Shown in pieces: positions 35,531 through 39,205 of a stretch of DNA of 39,205 nt (positions are counted from its first letter, which is position 1; each line of letters begins with the position of its first letter). The DNA is taken from contig JAYTVX010000397.1 in NCBI GenBank assembly GCA_043743775.1, forward strand, positions 1 to 39,205. The letters run 5' to 3'. Both the position numbers and the translations under genes were made by a program. The notes beneath the pieces are model-generated. The model worked only from the letters and a program-made list of their open reading frames with translations. It did not search any database and was not told the origin of the DNA. This stretch comes from Bacteroidales bacterium. Lineage in GTDB: Bacteria > Bacteroidota > Bacteroidia > Bacteroidales > Tenuifilaceae.

Positions 35531-36913
35531 TTATTCTTCAGGGTTATAGCTGTTAATCTTTTTGGCTACCCGATCAGCGATTCCATTAATCGCTTCGGCC
35601 TTTAGGGATTCAATTCCCTTGATGTTTTGACGTGCAGCTAAAAGTTTTTGTAAATTGTCGATATCGGTTGATGAATTATCAACCCTATCACTTGACGAAT
35701 CCTTATTGATACGCTCCCAGTAACCGGGTACAAGATTACTTCCGTTGCCATTGAAAACAGCATAGTTTACATGATCAGAGGCGTTGATCTCCATCGCATC
35801 CGAGACCATTATGCTTGAAGTTTCGGTAGAGGTTAATTGAAATTGGAATGAGCTTGTAACTTGGTTCGTTTGCTGGCACTCGGTGTAAATAACTTTATGA
35901 TACTTATACTCCTTTTTCTTCTTTCCTGTAGTTTGATCTGTAACGATAATTTCTTCCTTTAAATATCCGTGTCTATCATTCTTGCTAAGTTCACCTTTAT
36001 TTATTTCAAATTTAGTTAAAGTACCTGAAAGTAGTGCTTTTGCGGCGAGTATCTTGCCAATTTGAATATCGGAACCCTGATTTAAACCCTTTTGTTGTTC
36101 TTGTATTAGCTGGTTGGTATTCTGATTATCGATAACAGTTACAAAAGGGTTCTTAAGGTTATTCAATGAAGTTTTGATCTTGCTTTCGATAAGAGATTGA
36201 AGATTCTCATGGCTTGCTTTATCTTCAATTTTACTGATTGATATGGGTACTATACCTTTTGCTAAAGCCTCATCGCGCTGTTCCTTGACATCTTTGTATG
36301 ATCCTTGTTCCCGGATAATCTGATCGAAGCAGGCATACGATTTACGGTACATCCCGGTATTTAGAAATTCATTCCCCTTACGGTAGAGGGGCTCACATTT
36401 CGAAACTTTCAACAGTTCATCGGTATTACCATAGTTAGGTTCTAGCTGTTTTATTTCGGCAAACAGATCTTCGGATTGTTTAAACTTATCGTCTTCGAGC
36501 AGTAGCTGGGCTTCGTTGAATATTTTTTCGAGGTACTTGACTTTTGCATCTTTAAACAATTCAAGTGTTCTGTCAGACATGTTGAGCTCAACACCCAGTG
36601 TGGCAACCTGAGTCTGATAACTTTTGGCATCTAAATAGCTATAAACGGTTTTTTTATCATCGCTTGCATCGTATGCGTCTTGAACAGTAAGCACTTTTTG
36701 GTCGAGTAAACGCTGACCATTCTTCTTTAGCCCGATTCGGGCATTTATGTTATTCTGGTTAGCCTTTAGCGAACGGAAGTAGTTCTGAGCTGCCAAATCG
36801 TACATTCCGGCCTGCTCATACTTAAGCCCTCTCTTAGCGTATCGCTTCGATGCGCAGGACATTCCAAAAGCCACAAACCCAACAATGATAATAAAGAGTA
36901 GATATTTTTTCAT
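35531..36913 (-). CDS. Lipoprotein with TPR-like repeats and a CsgG/LpoB-like C-terminal region (tentative)
   Basis: 460 aa with the lipobox FGMSCAS. The N-terminal half has helical TPR-like repeats. The C-terminal IGKILAAKALLSGTLTKFE resembles CsgG-fold lipoproteins. Confidence 0.5.
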   Translation of the reverse strand: MKKYLLFIIIVGFVAFGMSCASKRYAKRGLKYEQAGMYDLAAQNYFRSLKANQNNINARIGLKKNGQRLLDQKVLTVQDAYDASDDKKTVYSYLDAKSYQTQVATLGVELNMSDRTLELFKDAKVKYLEKIFNEAQLLLEDDKFKQSEDLFAEIKQLEPNYGNTDELLKVSKCEPLYRKGNEFLNTGMYRKSYACFDQIIREQGSYKDVKEQRDEALAKGIVPISISKIEDKASHENLQSLIESKIKTSLNNLKNPFVTVIDNQNTNQLIQEQQKGLNQGSDIQIGKILAAKALLSGTLTKFEINKGELSKNDRHGYLKEEIIVTDQTTGKKKKEYKYHKVIYTECQQTNQVTSSFQFQLTSTETSSIMVSDAMEINASDHVNYAVFNGNGSNLVPGYWERINKDSSSDRVDNSSTDIDNLQKLLAARQNIKGIESLKAEAINGIADRVAKKINSYNPEE

Positions 36914-37048
36914 ACGGCAATATTTTAGAAACTTTAAGATTTACAAATCATATGCCCCATTGGACATTTTCAAACCCGACGAAGTTATAAATTCGTAGGA
37001 ATTTGGGCAAACTCTTTTAACTAACTTAGACTAGGTCATTCACATTTT

Positions 37049-37375
37049 TTACTTTAATACCCTTAAACCCACGATGCCAACAATAATAAGAAAGATAAAG
37101 AATAAACGGTAAATATCATAGGGCTCTTTGAATAGAATAATTCCTAGGATAACCGTACCAACCGCACCAATTCCTGTCCACACTGCATAGGCCGAGCCAA
37201 CAGGCAGTACCTTTAACGAGTATGTAAGCAATACAACGCTTATAAGCATTGTAATTGCAGTAAATGCGCTAGGCCAGAATTTGGAAAATCCATCGGAGTA
37301 TTTCATACCAATTGCCCATCCGGTTTCGAAAAAACCAGCGATTATTAGGATTGACCAAGCAAAGGATGTCTTCAT
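37049..37375 (-). CDS. sugE: SMR-family small multidrug resistance protein, SugE/Gdx subtype
   Basis: 108 aa with 4 TM helices. The N-terminal AWSILIIAGFFETGWAIGMKYSDGF carries the conserved membrane Glu, typical of SugE/Gdx. Confidence 0.85.
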   Translation of the reverse strand: MKTSFAWSILIIAGFFETGWAIGMKYSDGFSKFWPSAFTAITMLISVVLLTYSLKVLPVGSAYAVWTGIGAVGTVILGIILFKEPYDIYRLFFIFLIIVGIVGLRVLK

Positions 37376-37396
37376 GAGTGTTAAAATCTAGTTTAC

Positions 37397-37404
37397 AAAT
37401 CTAT
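37397..37404 (-). promoter_or_regulatory. Candidate -7 promoter box for sugE
   Basis: The minus strand reads TAGATTTG (TAnnTTTG), 22 nt upstream of the ATG at 37375. Confidence 0.4.
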
Positions 37405-37492
37405 TAAAGTTATCCTGATTGTGATGCTGTTTCGAGTTCCGAGTTTAGCGTTGAGAGTTCAATGTTTAAAATTTAATGTATCAAGTTGCAGA

Positions 37493-37516
37493 TTCACCCT
37501 TTCACCCTTTCACCTC
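37493..37516. repeat. 3 x 8-nt tandem repeat heading a ~60-nt pyrimidine-rich tract
   Basis: TTCACCCT TTCACCCT TTCACCTC, continuing as a C/T-rich sequence to ~37552 on the plus strand. Confidence 0.7.
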
Positions 37517-37595
37517 TTCTCGTTTCAATCTCCCGTCTTCTGACTTACTTCCGATTATCTTATGATTAACTTCTTTATTCTTCTTATTAATTTCT

Positions 37596-37603
37596 TATTT
37601 TTG
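37596..37603 (+). promoter_or_regulatory. Candidate -7 promoter box for valS
   Basis: TATTTTTG (TAnnTTTG) lies 38 nt upstream of the ATG at 37641. Confidence 0.4.
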
Positions 37604-37640
37604 CCAACTCTGTTTAAAAATGATAATCTAGTCGATTTAT

Positions 37641-39205
37641 ATGGAAATTCCTGCAAAGTATAATCCTGCTGAGGTTGAGGATAAATGGTATAAGTACTGG
37701 ATGGAGAATAAATTTTTCCGTTCGGTACCCGATGAGCGCGAGCCTTATTGTATAGTAATCCCCCCACCAAACGTTACGGGTGTCCTTCATATGGGGCATA
37801 TGCTAAACAATACACTTCAGGATGTACTAGTCCGCAGGGCAAGGATGACAGGGAAGAATGCTTGCTGGGTTCCCGGAACCGACCACGCATCCATTGCCAC
37901 TGAAGCCAAGGTTGTTTCTAAGCTTCGGGCCGAAGGGATTGATAAGAATTCACTTACCCGCGATGAATTTCTAGAACATGCATGGGAGTGGAAGGAGAAG
38001 CATGGCGGCATAATCCTTGAACAGCTTAAGAAGTTGGGTGCTTCATGCGATTGGGATCGCACCTGTTTCACCATGGATGAGAGTTTGTCGGGAAGTGTAA
38101 TCAAGGTTTTTAATGATCTTTACAATAAGGGATTAATATACCGCGGTGTGCGCATGGTAAATTGGGATCCCCAGGCCAAAACAGCAGTTAGCGATGAAGA
38201 GGTTATCTACCGTGAGGTTCAGAGTAAACTATACTACCTAAAATATTTAATCGATGGCGAGGATGGTTTTGTAACCATTGCAACCACTCGACCTGAGACA
38301 ATTCTGGGTGATACTGCCGTTTGCGTTCATCCCGATGATCCTCGGTATGCTCACCTTAAAGGGAAACGGGTAATTGTTCCTCTTATAAAAAGGAGCGTTC
38401 CGATTATCTTCGATGAGTACGTCGATATTGAGTTCGGGACTGGAGCCCTTAAGGTAACTCCCGCTCACGATATCAACGACTACATGCTTGGCGATAAGCA
38501 TAATCTGGAGACCGTCGATATCTTCAACGACGATGGAACCATGAGCGTTGCAGCGCAGCTGTATATCGGGTTAGATCGTTTTGAGGTTCGCAAGCAGATT
38601 GTTAAGGATTTGGACACTGCTGGTAATCTCGCAAAGGTTGAGGATTATCCAAATAAAGTGGGTTACTCCGAGAGAACTGATGCGGTGATTGAGCCAAAGC
38701 TCTCGATGCAATGGTTTTTGAAGATGCAGGATCTTGCAAAACCTGCATTGGATTCAGTTATTAATGGAGATATTCAGCTTTACCCACCTAAGTTTGTGAA
38801 TACCTACCGATACTGGATGGAAAATGTGAAGGACTGGTGTCTTTCTCGTCAGCTATGGTGGGGTCATCGAATTCCAGCATGGTATCTTCCCGAAGGCGGT
38901 TTTGTTGTAGCTGAGTCGGAAAAGGAAGCACTTGAACTTGCCCGCAAGAAAACGGGGAATAATAAGCTGACCATGTCAGATTTGAGGCAGGAGGAGGATG
39001 TTCTCGATACCTGGTTCAGCTCATGGCTATGGCCAATCTCTGTATTCGATGGAATCCGCTACCCCGATAATGCCGATATAAAATACTACTACCCAACCAA
39101 CGATTTGATTACTGCTCCCGAAATTCTTTTCTTCTGGGTTGCAAGAATGATAATTGCAGGTTATGAGTATCGCAACGATAAACCATTCAAGAATGTTTAT
39201 CTGAC
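37641..39205 (+). CDS. valS: Valine--tRNA ligase, 5' partial (continues past the window end)
   Basis: The ORF is open to the window edge and is absent from the ORF track because it has no stop. Translation: [20 protein letters not shown]...[13 protein letters not shown] (HIGH motif)...[13 protein letters not shown]...[15 protein letters not shown]...LFFWVARMI. Confidence 0.95.
   Translation, partial: MEIPAKYNPAEVEDKWYKYWMENKFFRSVPDEREPYCIVIPPPNVTGVLHMGHMLNNTLQDVLVRRARMTGKNACWVPGTDHASIATEAKVVSKLRAEGIDKNSLTRDEFLEHAWEWKEKHGGIILEQLKKLGASCDWDRTCFTMDESLSGSVIKVFNDLYNKGLIYRGVRMVNWDPQAKTAVSDEEVIYREVQSKLYYLKYLIDGEDGFVTIATTRPETILGDTAVCVHPDDPRYAHLKGKRVIVPLIKRSVPIIFDEYVDIEFGTGALKVTPAHDINDYMLGDKHNLETVDIFNDDGTMSVAAQLYIGLDRFEVRKQIVKDLDTAGNLAKVEDYPNKVGYSERTDAVIEPKLSMQWFLKMQDLAKPALDSVINGDIQLYPPKFVNTYRYWMENVKDWCLSRQLWWGHRIPAWYLPEGGFVVAESEKEALELARKKTGNNKLTMSDLRQEEDVLDTWFSSWLWPISVFDGIRYPDNADIKYYYPTNDLITAPEILFFWVARMIIAGYEYRNDKPFKNVYL

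Noticed and set aside
37376-37560. Guanidine riboswitch (ykkC, mini-ykkC or guanidine-III) upstream of sugE
   Set aside because: I read the minus strand for a conserved ykkC core and for paired ACGR-loop hairpins and found none. The predicted leader is too short. This remains a by-eye judgement, and an Infernal scan would be decisive.
37555-38501. Minus-strand ORFs 37555..37770, 37614..37799, 37817..38104 and 38247..38501
   Set aside because: They are antisense to the open-ended valS reading frame, which shows the HIGH motif and conserved ValRS blocks.
1-39205. Mobile element, prophage, CRISPR array or defence island; the window as an archaeal or chimeric contig
   Set aside because: No transposase, integrase, recombinase, phage structural gene, regular repeat-spacer array or tRNA integration site is visible. 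Bacterial hallmark genes lie on both sides of gatED within a few kb, with no abrupt compositional break by eye. A chimeric assembly cannot be fully excluded without read data.

Overview
This 39.2-kb window comes from a low-GC chromosome that looks like Bacteroidota. Supporting signs: the 3' end of a bacterial 5S rRNA at the left edge, a T9SS C-terminal sorting domain, a DUF1573 protein, a LolC/E-type permease, TAnnTTTG -7 promoter boxes, and no Shine-Dalgarno signals. I support about 33 CDSs, mostly envelope or housekeeping: putative porin, MltF-like transglycosylase, Nudix CoA pyrophosphatase, two class-I aminotransferases, Dcp peptidase, CDF exporter, YqaA, RNase H1, NamZ/DUF1343, GNAT, SugE/Gdx and a 5' partial valS running off the right edge. 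No transposase, integrase, phage gene, CRISPR array or tRNA is visible. The main finding is a tandem gatE-gatD pair (23359..26898, minus strand). It encodes the archaeal-type heterodimeric Glu-tRNA(Gln) amidotransferase, yet unmistakably bacterial genes flank it and no mobility hallmarks are present. Secondary points: a 1500-aa T9SS cargo protein built from four ~330-aa modules with an unnamed conserved subdomain; a 586-aa secreted protein with a fourfold internal repeat; a cluster of a hemerythrin-like protein, an atypical REC-LuxR regulator, an outer-membrane barrel and a CxxCH lipoprotein; a CDF exporter flanked by two small His-rich proteins; and four GC-rich structured islands in otherwise AT-rich spacers. 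All calls rest on reading the translations and sequence by eye. No database search was run.
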